From a virus, in IMG/VR virus record IMGVR_UViG_3300029415_000008: a stretch of DNA of 39,404 bases. One strand, written 5' to 3'. Below the pieces are notes generated by a model. That model searched no databases. It saw only the letters and a list, made by a program, of their open reading frames with translations, and was not told the origin of the DNA. Shown here in pieces: positions 1 through 7,345 of the stretch (the stretch's first letter is position 1; every line of letters begins with the position of its first letter). Position numbers and translations under genes: made by a program.

Positions 1-77
1 CGTTGCCGCTCTCGCCCGATGCGGCGGCGTTGCCGTTCAAGCCCGATGCGGCGGCGTTGCCGCTCTCGCCCGATGCG
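1..77. repeat. 27-nt tandem repeat (cccgatgcggcggcgttgcc plus a variable 7 nt), encoding GNAAASGxx on the minus strand
   Basis: Read directly from the sequence. The same unit is present at 39270-39404. Confidence 0.9.
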
Positions 78-403
78 TTTTCCTCGGTTGCGCTCTCGCA
101 CTTGTCAAGCACAAACCGCACACCGGCGTTGATAACGCCTTCCAGCCCGATTTCTGCGCCAATCCTGATATGTTTGCCGCAAACCTTGCTGTCATAGCTG
201 CTACGCTGTCCGTTGTCCTCAATTTCCACCTCGCAGTACCGGCTATCGCCAGGTCTATAGTAGCGTAGCGTGTCCAGCGGGTTCTCGCAGGCGTGGGGTC
301 CGCGATTGCACAGCTCTGCGGTTTCCTCCGTGTACTCGCCGCCGACCTCATACTGAAAGCCTCGGCACCTCAAATTTTTATCAAATCCCTTGCACGCTTT
401 CAT
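1..403 (-). CDS. 5' (N-terminal) part of a junction-spanning early gene. Translation is MKACKGFDKNLRCRGFQYEVGGEYTEETAELCNRGPHACENPLDTLRYY... and then enters GNAAASGxx repeats. It continues at 39404..39036.
   Basis: ATG at 403 preceded by GGAGGG. The frame stays open to position 1 and is in frame with the ORF at the window end if the ends overlap by 4 or 31 nt. Confidence 0.7.
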   Translation of the reverse strand, partial: MKACKGFDKNLRCRGFQYEVGGEYTEETAELCNRGPHACENPLDTLRYYRPGDSRYCEVEIEDNGQRSSYDSKVCGKHIRIGAEIGLEGVINAGVRFVLDKCESATEENASGESGNAAASGLNGNAAASGESGN

Positions 404-423
404 CGTCTTTCCCTCCGTTTGTG

Positions 424-516
424 TTACTTCCCGTCCAGTTTGTCCACCAGCCGCATGAGCCAATAACTCACCGTAGCCGCGCCGATGATGACCAAAGTCA
501 ATGTGTACCCGTCCAT
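424..516 (-). CDS. 30-aa hydrophobic peptide (MDGYTLTLVIIGAATVSYWLMRLVDKLDGK), too short for the ORF track
   Basis: ATG shares one nt with the upstream stop. GGAGGTG lies 5 nt upstream. One predicted TM helix. Confidence 0.35.
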   Translation of the reverse strand: MDGYTLTLVIIGAATVSYWLMRLVDKLDGK

Positions 517-665
517 CAATTCACCTCCGCAGCGCAAAGCGCATCGCACATACCCTTGCAGGGGCAGGCCGGGCAATCGCACTCCATCGGGTTCTTATCT
601 TCGCACAGCGCATCGCGCCGTGCCAGAAAAGCATCCTCCAGCGCCCTGTATTCTTGGTTGGTCAT
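516..665 (-). CDS. 49-aa Cys-rich small protein (CDCPACPCKGMCDALC)
   Basis: Internal ATG at 665 with GGGAGGAG upstream. The longer ORF-track start lacks an RBS. Confidence 0.5.
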   Translation of the reverse strand: MTNQEYRALEDAFLARRDALCEDKNPMECDCPACPCKGMCDALCAAEVN

Positions 666-667
666 GT

Positions 668-865
668 TTACTCCTCCCTCTCTGCGATCCACGCATCCAG
701 CTTCTTTTTGAAAATCTGAAATACCCGGCTGCGGTCGGTGCGGATGCACACGCCGAAGGGGTACACGCCCTGCTCCAGGCCGTCGGCCAGAGTGTCAGAA
801 CAAAGGCTCAAGCCTTTATCTCTAAGATACTTCGATGCCTGGTGCAGCGTCATGGTTTCGATCAT
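668..865 (-). CDS. Small DNA-binding protein, excisionase/MerR-like winged helix
   Basis: 65 aa. ATGA overlap with the cro-like gene. The pattern TLHQASKYL...VFQIFKKKLDAWI is typical of Xis-type HTH proteins. Confidence 0.45.
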   Translation of the reverse strand: MIETMTLHQASKYLRDKGLSLCSDTLADGLEQGVYPFGVCIRTDRSRVFQIFKKKLDAWIAEREE

Positions 866-1056
866 TTGTCAGCCTCCTTCTTCAACAGCTCGTCCACCGT
901 GCAGCCGTACAGCTCGGCGATCTCCGGCAAGCGGCTGGCTCTCGGTGCCTGCGTGCCGGTCTCCCACATGTAAACCGCCGCATCCGTCACCTTTAGTTTC
1001 TCGATTACCTGCTTGACACTCAGACCAGCGGCCAATCGAGCGCTGCGAAAACTCAT
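862..1056 (-). CDS. Cro-like XRE-family HTH regulator
   Basis: 64 aa, LSVKQVIEKLKVTDAAVYMWETG HTH motif, GGAGGTG RBS, divergent from the CI-like gene. Confidence 0.8.
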   Translation of the reverse strand: MSFRSARLAAGLSVKQVIEKLKVTDAAVYMWETGTQAPRASRLPEIAELYGCTVDELLKKEADK

Positions 1057-1091
1057 TCTTTCACCTCCAGTTTGTATTTACTTAGTTTTCG

Positions 1092-1120
1092 TTGACTGTG
1101 GCGGGGGAATTTGTTATACT
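1092..1120 (+). promoter_or_regulatory. Sigma-70-like promoter: TTGACT, 17 nt, TATACT (rightward)
   Basis: Hexamers read directly from the sequence. The -10 overlaps the -10 of a leftward candidate promoter. Confidence 0.5.
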
Positions 1121-1140
1121 GCCTTTAGCCCTTGCGGCAA
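1113..1140 (-). promoter_or_regulatory. Candidate leftward early promoter: TTGCCG, 16 nt, TATAAC, driving the cro-like operon
   Basis: Hexamers on the minus strand. The operator-like ACTTAGTTTT (1080-1089) lies between the -10 and the cro RBS. Confidence 0.35.
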
Positions 1141-1388
1141 ATTTAAGGAGGTGGACTTTTTGACCAACCTTTTGACTTTGCCCGTTCCAGACCGAAGTAC
1201 CGGCGCAATGCGATAGGGTCAGGCTGCCCCAGAACTGCCAAAGTGAGCGGTGCGTCACAGAAACGGAAGTCCGTTTTTCGTCAGACTGGCATTTCCGAGC
1301 CGCAAGAATGACGGCTTGGCCATCGGCTAAGGATTGCCGGTGAACAGTCTGTGCAGCGCACTCTGGTAACAAATCTGGGAAGAAAACG

Positions 1389-1419
1389 CCCGCAAACGGA
1401 CTGCGGGTGTTTTTCTTTT
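1389..1419 (+). terminator. Rho-independent terminator (CCCGCA aacggac TGCGGG, then TGTTTTTCTTTT)
   Basis: Perfect 6-bp GC stem followed by a T tract. Confidence 0.6.
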
Positions 1420-1446
1420 CGCCTTTTCCTCCTCTCCGCAATCAAC

Positions 1447-1461
1447 AAAAACTAAGTTTTT
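1447..1461. promoter_or_regulatory. Perfect 15-bp palindrome AAAAACTAAGTTTTT, a candidate repressor operator
   Basis: It abuts the -35 of the 1463-1490 promoter. Half-site copies occur at 1080-1089, 1469-1474, 1579-1584 and 1602-1611. Confidence 0.5.
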
Positions 1462-1462
1462 C

Positions 1463-1490
1463 TTGACAACTTAGCAAACTGTGGTATTAT
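1463..1490 (+). promoter_or_regulatory. Sigma-70-like promoter: TTGACA, 16 nt, TGgTATTAT (extended -10)
   Basis: Consensus -35 and a near-consensus extended -10, upstream of the CI-like gene. Confidence 0.6.
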
Positions 1491-1643
1491 GGAAGTGCCA
1501 ACAACCCTTAATATTTTCCGCAGTCCGCTAAGTGCAGGGGGCTCGGTTTTGTATTACCCTCTGCAAGTTTAAGTATACCTAAGTATTTCCTTAATGTCAA
1601 TAAAAACTTAGAGTTGTTAAGGGTTAAATATTGCTAAATTTTA

Positions 1644-2027
1644 ATGGTACTTTTTATGCAAATTGATACTTCATCTGTTTTGCGGCGAATTGAAATTCGT
1701 CTGGCAGAAATAGAGATGCCGAAACAAGTCTTTTATGAAAAAAGCGGGATTTCTTCCGGTTCTTATTCACAATGGAACACGGGAATGCATAGTCCCAGCC
1801 TTAAAAAGCTACAAAAAGCGGCTTTAGTGCTTGGTGTTCCCGTGGAATACCTCCTTTACGGAGATGCCCCCGCAGCTTCGGAGGGCGCAAAAAAAGCCCC
1901 CGATCCGGAGATCGAGGGCGGGATGAAAGATGAAGATTTGAAAGAAGCTGTCGAGCTTTTGAAAAAAATGGATAAGGAAACCCTGCGGATTTTTATCAAA
2001 GCCGCCCGCGGGGCTTTGGAGAATTAA
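1644..2027 (+). CDS. CI-like XRE-family HTH repressor with no peptidase domain
   Basis: 127 aa (alternative ATG at 1656). The HTH is QVFYEKSGISSGSYSQWNTG. Divergent from the cro-like gene and sits in an AT-richer block. Confidence 0.75.
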   Translation: MVLFMQIDTSSVLRRIEIRLAEIEMPKQVFYEKSGISSGSYSQWNTGMHSPSLKKLQKAALVLGVPVEYLLYGDAPAASEGAKKAPDPEIEGGMKDEDLKEAVELLKKMDKETLRIFIKAARGALEN

Positions 2028-2354
2028 TTATGAGTATTTCGCGCTCGTAGCCGTTTTCTTTACTGATAGCCCAAATTTTCATTTTATCGCCTCCATAATT
2101 TTATCAAACTGATCGCGGGTCATTTTACTCGCCAAAGAAATCGCCTCAGAAAGTAACGCAATATGCTCTGCATTCTTTATTATATCACATTTATTTTTCG
2201 TTTCACAGCTTAAAATTTCCATCTTTATATTTTTCTGCTTCCAATCCACATTATTTCTCCTTTCGGTTTATCTACCTATAGTCAAAATATGGCATTTGTT
2301 GCACAGTTTAGGGCAACAATACAAAAAATTTTTTAAGAAGGAGCATAATTAGAA

Positions 2355-2516
2355 ATGGCTAAAAAATCTTCCTTTAAAATACCAGGGCTTTCATTTAGCT
2401 GGAAACGTGCGCTTGGAATTACCAGCGCAAAACGCAAGATTGCAAAAGCAACGGGAATTCCTACAACAAAGGCGGGGCGGCAAAGAAAAGTCGGCAAGCT
2501 ATTGGGGATTAAGTGA
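2355..2516 (+). CDS. 53-aa very basic protein (MAKKSSFKIPGLSFSWKRALGITSAKRKIAKATGIPTTKAGRQRKVGKLLGIK), too short for the ORF track
   Basis: AAGGAG lies 8 nt upstream of the ATG, and the gene has its own terminator immediately downstream. Confidence 0.55.
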   Translation: MAKKSSFKIPGLSFSWKRALGITSAKRKIAKATGIPTTKAGRQRKVGKLLGIK

Positions 2517-2542
2517 ACGCCATAGAAAATTATTTTATATAG

Positions 2543-2580
2543 TCCCCACCGCCCCCGCACCGGACGGTGGGGATTTTTTG
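2543..2580 (+). terminator. Rho-independent terminator (TCCCCACCG ... CGGTGGGGA, then TTTTTT)
   Basis: 9-bp stem followed by T6. Confidence 0.7.
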
Positions 2581-2726
2581 CCGCCTATCGCCGTCACTGG
2601 CTCTTGGCCGCATACCCACAGTATCAGTTTGTTGTTTGGCAAGTCAATCCAAAAACCGGATAATATACGATTAGCAGATAAAAACAAACGGAGAAGTTTG
2701 CCCGAAATAAGGCAGGAGGGGAAGAA

Positions 2727-3326
2727 ATGGAAAAAACTTTGCAGGATATTTGCAGAGATGCAAAAGAGGACCAGCATCTTACCACGCAAGACTTAGCCGA
2801 TTTAACAGATCTGTCATCGTCCACGATCAGCAATTACTTTTCTGCGTCATCAAAGGATCCAAGCCTATACAAAATGGGGCTTATATGCGCCGCCCTCGGT
2901 GTGTCTATAGATGAGTATTTTGGTATCGTAAAGAGGCCAACCACGGAGGAGCAGCTGGCAGAGGCCCACAGAGCAATGGCCGATGCAGATGCAAAGCATA
3001 GCGCAGCCCTACGCATTGCGCACTTGGAGGGCGGCATGGAGCAGCTGACCGGATCAGTGGCAAAGCACGAAAAAAAGGAGCGCGTATTGCAAATTTGGGT
3101 GTATATCCTGGCGTTTTCGCTGTCAATTGCCGTATCCATAATATTTGGATATTTGGCGTTTGATTCAAGCGTCCCGCACACAGGGCTTATCCGCAACGGG
3201 CAGATTACATCAATCGGCTGGATGCTATTTGCTCTGCTTGCGGTGGGCGTCGGTGTAATCATTGCTTCGCTGATTAATGCGCTGCGATATTACAGGCACC
3301 ATCAAACTGATAAAAATATAGGGTAG
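2727..3326 (+). CDS. Membrane-anchored XRE-family HTH protein (N-terminal HTH, coiled coil, two C-terminal TM helices)
   Basis: 199 aa, GGAGGGG RBS. The HTH is LTTQDLADLTDLSSSTISNYF. Hydrophobic stretches are VLQIWVYILAFSLSIAVSIIFGYLAF and IGWMLFALLAVGVGVIIASLI. Confidence 0.75.
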   Translation: MEKTLQDICRDAKEDQHLTTQDLADLTDLSSSTISNYFSASSKDPSLYKMGLICAALGVSIDEYFGIVKRPTTEEQLAEAHRAMADADAKHSAALRIAHLEGGMEQLTGSVAKHEKKERVLQIWVYILAFSLSIAVSIIFGYLAFDSSVPHTGLIRNGQITSIGWMLFALLAVGVGVIIASLINALRYYRHHQTDKNIG

Positions 3327-3336
3327 GAGGATAAAA

Positions 3337-4338
3337 ATGGGAAAAGCAATGAGGAGGGCCAACGGAACCGGGACAGTGTATAAGCTCGCCGGGCGCCGAC
3401 GCAGGCCCTGGGTGGCTGCAAAGCAAAAAATCATTATAGGATATTACCCCACCAAAAAAGATGCTATAGCGGCGCTGGAACGTCTTGCGGGCAAGGATTT
3501 AACGGAGCGGTACAACATGACCTTTGCCCAGGTGTTTGACGCTTGGAAAGAGGAGCATTACAAAAAAATAGGGCCAAATGGTATAGAAGGCTATGACGGC
3601 GCATTTAAAATTTTTGCGCCGCTGCACGACCGGAAGTTCCGGGACTTAAAAACGGCGGATTTCCAGGGCGTACTGGATGCCCATATGCATAAATCCCATA
3701 GCACTGTGTCCAAGTATAAGCAACTCATAACGCAGATGTCCACATGGGCCATGCGCGAGGAGATCATCACAACAAATTTTGCAAAATTCGTCCAGCTCCC
3801 CGAAAACACAAAAAAAGAAAAAGAAACATTTACCGATGCTGAAATAAGCAAGCTGGAAGCGGACGGCAGCGACACCGCAAAAATTATCCTCATGCTGATT
3901 TACACAGGAATGCGCATAGGGGAATTGTTTTCCCTACCGGCTAAAGATTATCACAAAGATTATGTGGTCGGCGGTGAAAAGACGGAGGCTGGGCGAAACA
4001 GGATCATCCCAATCCGCCCCGAAGGGATTCCATACTTTGCCTATTTTGCAAATAAGGCTACTGGTCCACTGCTCATATCCGGCTATGCTGGGGAAAAAAT
4101 CCCAGCAAACTTCCGCCGCCGGGATTATTACCCGCTTTTGGAAAAATTAAAAATCCAGCGCAAAACGCCGCACTCCACCCGGCACACCTATGCGAGCTGG
4201 GCGAGAAAAGCGGGGATTGCTCCGGAAACGCTACAGAGGATCCTCGGCCACGCCAACTACTCCACTACCGCAAATATATACGTCCATACGTCAGCGGAGG
4301 AATTGGTGCAGGCAGTTAAAAAGGCGAAAATTTGTTAG
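3337..4338 (+). CDS. int: Tyrosine site-specific integrase
   Basis: 333 aa. Contains the GMRIGEL (Arg), HSTRHTYASWA (HxxR) and LGHANYSTTANIYVH (His, Tyr) catalytic motifs. Lies next to the tRNA-fragment att site. Confidence 0.95.
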   Translation: MGKAMRRANGTGTVYKLAGRRRRPWVAAKQKIIIGYYPTKKDAIAALERLAGKDLTERYNMTFAQVFDAWKEEHYKKIGPNGIEGYDGAFKIFAPLHDRKFRDLKTADFQGVLDAHMHKSHSTVSKYKQLITQMSTWAMREEIITTNFAKFVQLPENTKKEKETFTDAEISKLEADGSDTAKIILMLIYTGMRIGELFSLPAKDYHKDYVVGGEKTEAGRNRIIPIRPEGIPYFAYFANKATGPLLISGYAGEKIPANFRRRDYYPLLEKLKIQRKTPHSTRHTYASWARKAGIAPETLQRILGHANYSTTANIYVHTSAEELVQAVKKAKIC

Positions 4339-4350
4339 TAGTTTGTTAGT
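4331..4350 (+). repeat. Two direct TTTGTTAGT copies, candidate integrase arm-type sites (left arm)
   Basis: Read directly from the sequence. Three more same-orientation GTTAGT copies lie at 4568-4606. Confidence 0.5.
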
Positions 4351-4472
4351 TACCGACGGGAGCCAAGGCAAGCCCTTGCAAAATTGCTCTGCGAAAAGTT
4401 GCAAAATCGCAACAAATATTGTTATTCTTATTAACTTTTGTGCCTATATATTCAAAACGATTATAATTCACA

Positions 4473-4511
4473 CGCAGGAGGTCACTGGTTCGAGTCCAGC
4501 AGTCTCCACCA
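4473..4511 (+). other. 3' fragment of a tRNA gene (T arm, 3' acceptor strand and CCA). This is the probable attP core.
   Basis: The sequence is GGTCACTGGTTCGAGTCCAGCAGTCTCCACCA. No matching 5' half is present upstream. Confidence 0.7.
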
Positions 4512-4516
4512 AAAAA

Positions 4517-4554
4517 GTCCAGGAATCTCAAGGGTTCCCGGACTTTTTTATTTT
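4517..4554 (+). terminator. Rho-independent terminator following the tRNA fragment
   Basis: GTCCAGGAA ... TTCCCGGAC stem with one mismatch, followed by TTTTTTATTTT. Confidence 0.7.
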
Positions 4555-4567
4555 CGCCAAGATTAAC

Positions 4568-4606
4568 TTTGTTAGTAACGTGTTAGTAGTAGCGATTTAG
4601 GTTAGT
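4568..4606 (+). repeat. Three direct GTTAGT-core copies, candidate arm-type sites (right arm)
   Basis: TTTGTTAGT at 4568-4576, GTGTTAGT at 4580-4587 and AGGTTAGT at 4599-4606. Confidence 0.5.
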
Positions 4607-4920
4607 TTTTTTAGGACGCTGTTATAAGCTTTCTCATTGACGATTTTAAGTGTGTCCATAAGCTCGTCCATAACTTCCCACGCCCTATCCTGCGCTACAT
4701 TCCCGACCGCTTTCAAAAATTCACTGCCGGAGGGTTTTATTTTCTTGGCCGGCGCAGGCTCTGCAGAATACAGCATTGGGGGCGCTTTCGCCTGCAGTTG
4801 CTCCCCGCCTTGCTCGTTACGGATAATGTAGAGCGCCGCCAGTTTCTCATAGTTTGTCCAGCTCGATTCTTCTGTTTCAAGTCGAGCTATCCAGCGCTTG
4901 ACCTCATTCTCGTCGACCAT
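4597..4920 (-). CDS. Hypothetical protein, last gene of the cargo operon
   Basis: 107 aa, GGGGG RBS. Confidence 0.6.
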   Translation of the reverse strand: MVDENEVKRWIARLETEESSWTNYEKLAALYIIRNEQGGEQLQAKAPPMLYSAEPAPAKKIKPSGSEFLKAVGNVAQDRAWEVMDELMDTLKIVNEKAYNSVLKKLT

Positions 4921-4935
4921 AGGGGTGCACCCCCT

Positions 4936-5328
4936 TTAGTCCTCGATCGTGTCCATGCAGCGCTGGATGGCTCTGCGGATGCTTTCGTCGTCGGCGTTGT
5001 CCAGCATCTCCTGCAACTGGCGCTTCATATCGTCCCGGGCACCGTCCCGGGAATAATGGCCGCGGACATAATGGGTGCCCCGGCGGGCATAAGAGCTGCC
5101 TTTACCATAGGTTCCGCGCATGTCCGCCTCCCAGTCACCGGCCTGGGAATATCGGCGCTGGGAATAGCCGTCATCCTCCAGCATCTCGATCTTGTCAATA
5201 TTTTTAATGGTGTCGGTCAGCTTGTGCACGATGTCGAGGTCACCCGCGCCAAGTTCTCCCTTGCGGGTAATCTCGTCCAGCTCCTTGCAGAGCATATCGC
5301 GCAGGTCATACATAGATTTCATACCCAT
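4936..5328 (-). CDS. Hypothetical charged protein (YSQRRYS...SSYARRGTHYVRGHYSRDG)
   Basis: 130 aa, AAGGAG RBS. Confidence 0.6.
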   Translation of the reverse strand: MGMKSMYDLRDMLCKELDEITRKGELGAGDLDIVHKLTDTIKNIDKIEMLEDDGYSQRRYSQAGDWEADMRGTYGKGSSYARRGTHYVRGHYSRDGARDDMKRQLQEMLDNADDESIRRAIQRCMDTIED

Positions 5329-5344
5329 TGTTCATTCTCCTTTC

Positions 5345-5770
5345 TCAGCAAACTCTTGTAATGATAAGGTTCGCGTTTCTCACGTCAATGTCCTCGCCAC
5401 TAACGTTGCGGATGGACAGCGACGCGCAGCAGCCCTTTGTAACGTCAACGTACTCGGATGCCGCCACATTGAAAAACGCCTCCGCCGCTGTGGGCGTCAC
5501 CGTCGCAACGGAGGACGGCAGAGGTTCACCGTCAACCGCAATGGCAACGGAGATGGGGCCGGGGGTCCCGCCGGCGCTTACGGCAATATTGCCGATAAAG
5601 TCCACCTTGTAGCGGACGCGGCACTGGGAGCAGTTACCCCGGAGATTAAACAGGCCAGAGCCTGCGCGATGGGTCACAAGGCCCTTTGTGCAGGGGATCG
5701 GCGCCTCTGTAAAAAGCACGTTCTGATTTGCCGCTACGGTCTGTGCAGCAACAGCAGTGTATTCAGGCAT
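5345..5770 (-). CDS. Hypothetical beta-rich protein, possibly a BclA C-terminal / C1q-TNF-like fold
   Basis: 141 aa from the internal ATG at 5770 (AAGGAG RBS). Its composition and pattern resemble standalone BclA_C-type domains. This is a weak call. Confidence 0.55.
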   Translation of the reverse strand: MPEYTAVAAQTVAANQNVLFTEAPIPCTKGLVTHRAGSGLFNLRGNCSQCRVRYKVDFIGNIAVSAGGTPGPISVAIAVDGEPLPSSVATVTPTAAEAFFNVAASEYVDVTKGCCASLSIRNVSGEDIDVRNANLIITRVC

Positions 5771-5886
5771 GGAAAACTCCTTTCTAAAAATACAGCGGCG
5801 GAGCGATTGCCCCGCCGCGTTATCGTAGTATCGGCACGGGGCCGACCATTTCGCCGTTGTCGGCAAAAAGCTATGCTATGCAGTTG

Positions 5887-6624
5887 TCAGCAGCCGCAGC
5901 CCTGATTGCATCCGCAGCCGCCGTAACCGCTACCTGCCCACGGGTTACAAGTAATGTAGGCAGGCGAAGGGCACGGACGCAGCTGCGAGATCAGATAGTT
6001 GTTCTGCGCGGCCTGAGATGCCGCCAGCTTCAGATTCTGATTCTCGGTCTGGAGGTCGGACAGCTTGCTTTGCGTCAGGAAGTCGAGGATGGCGCGGCTG
6101 TTCTGGTTGTTCGCATCAATGATGTCGCGCGTGGCGTTCTGCACGGTGTTGCGCGTGTCGCACGCCTGCGTCGCCATGTCGTAGCGCACCTGGGCGATAG
6201 CTGCACGGTTTTCGCAGCAGCAATTAGCGGCCTGCATCTGCATGGCGTTGAGTTGCTGCATCAGCGCCGCCTGCTGGTTGCTGCGGGAAAGCTCGGCCTG
6301 TGCAAAGCCGTTTGCCATCGCCATGTTGGTGCCATTGACAAGCTGCGCCTGCTGGTAAAATCCGTCGCAAAGGCCCTGATTTACACTGTCGATCTTGCGC
6401 TCGACATTGGCGAAATCAGAGGTCAGCACATAGCCATCGACCACGCCGCCGGAATTGCCGGCGTTGTTTCCCCAGCCGTTGCCGCCCCAGCCGCAGAACA
6501 CAAACAGGAAAAGAATGATGATCCACCACGCGCCATCGCCGCCGAAGCCGCCAAAGCCGCTGTTCATCATGCCGGTAGGCGCAACAGGCATAGTGGCCTG
6601 AACGCCGCCGTCAGAAAGAGACAT
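5887..6624 (-). CDS. Membrane-anchored Q/N-rich coiled-coil protein with a Gly/Trp-rich N-terminus and a Cys-rich C-terminus (GYGGCGCNQGCGC)
   Basis: 245 aa, AAGGAG RBS, TM segment WWIIILFLFVFCGW. Confidence 0.65.
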   Translation of the reverse strand: MSLSDGGVQATMPVAPTGMMNSGFGGFGGDGAWWIIILFLFVFCGWGGNGWGNNAGNSGGVVDGYVLTSDFANVERKIDSVNQGLCDGFYQQAQLVNGTNMAMANGFAQAELSRSNQQAALMQQLNAMQMQAANCCCENRAAIAQVRYDMATQACDTRNTVQNATRDIIDANNQNSRAILDFLTQSKLSDLQTENQNLKLAASQAAQNNYLISQLRPCPSPAYITCNPWAGSGYGGCGCNQGCGC

Positions 6625-6690
6625 AGTATCACTCCTTTGAAAAATTTTTATTCATCAAATCGTGGCCACGATGTTGATTTATGTTGATGA

Positions 6691-6903
6691 TTACTGCATC
6701 AGGCTTTGAAACTGCTTCGCCATCTGCTGTAGCTGATTAAGCTGCTGCTGGTTTAGCCTACCACTCTGCAAGAGCTTTTCGACCTCGGCTTTGGGGTCGC
6801 CCTTGAAATTTGCTTTGAACTGGTTGAACTGCTGAACCATCTGGGCAAAGTTCCCCATAGGCCCCTGCCCGCCGCCCAGCGCGGCCATGAACGGGTTAGT
6901 CAT
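6691..6903 (-). CDS. 70-aa Q-rich small protein
   Basis: GAGGAGG RBS inside the acidic tail of the upstream gene. Confidence 0.55.
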   Translation of the reverse strand: MTNPFMAALGGGQGPMGNFAQMVQQFNQFKANFKGDPKAEVEKLLQSGRLNQQQLNQLQQMAKQFQSLMQ

Positions 6904-7345
6904 CGTCCTCGTCCTCCTCTACCTTGCGCTTTTTCTTGCCCTTTATTTCGCCCACAAGCGCTGCCAGAGCGTCAAACTCTTTGCGGGTGACAAATTCCAC
7001 GCCCTTTTCCTGCGCCGCTGTGCGTGGCGTTTCTGCGCGCTCTACAAGGTCGTAAATTTTAAGCGTCGGTTTCCCGCTTGCGTCTGCCTGCTTGAGGTAA
7101 ACGGTGGGGGCGGTGGAATCCCACAGTGCTACGGCAGAGTTGGGCGCGATGAGATAACCTCTTGCCTCCTGCTCGCCGCTTACCCACTGTACGCCGCCTT
7201 GTGCGATGGGGTTTTGTTGCACTGGCTGCGACATAGGCTGCTGCATGGGCTGCATCTGTGGCTGCTGCATCTGCCGCATCTGCATGAGGTTGTCCGGCAT
7301 CGGCTGCGGATAATAGGGGTTGAAATAGGGATATGCCATGTTCAT
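6896..7345 (-). CDS. Hypothetical protein with a P/Q/M-rich N-terminus, a globular core and a KKKRKVEEDEDDD tail
   Basis: 149 aa. The start is more likely the ATG at 7339, which has better GGAGG spacing. Confidence 0.6.
   Translation of the reverse strand: MNMAYPYFNPYYPQPMPDNLMQMRQMQQPQMQPMQQPMSQPVQQNPIAQGGVQWVSGEQEARGYLIAPNSAVALWDSTAPTVYLKQADASGKPTLKIYDLVERAETPRTAAQEKGVEFVTRKEFDALAALVGEIKGKKKRKVEEDEDDD

Noticed and set aside
1082-1441. 119-aa minus-strand ORF in the CI/Cro intergenic region
   Set aside because: It has no RBS and odd composition. It also spans the promoter, operator and terminator elements, so it would conflict with the switch architecture.
2079-2222. 47-aa minus-strand ORF (MEILSCETKNKCDIIKNAEHIALLSEAISLASKMTRDQFDKIMEAIK) and a following 28-codon ORF, convergent with the repressor gene
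   Set aside because: The sequence is plausibly coding, but the RBS is poor, the region is AT-rich (where ORFs arise easily), and the second ORF overlaps the repressor 3' end. Not enough evidence to call them.
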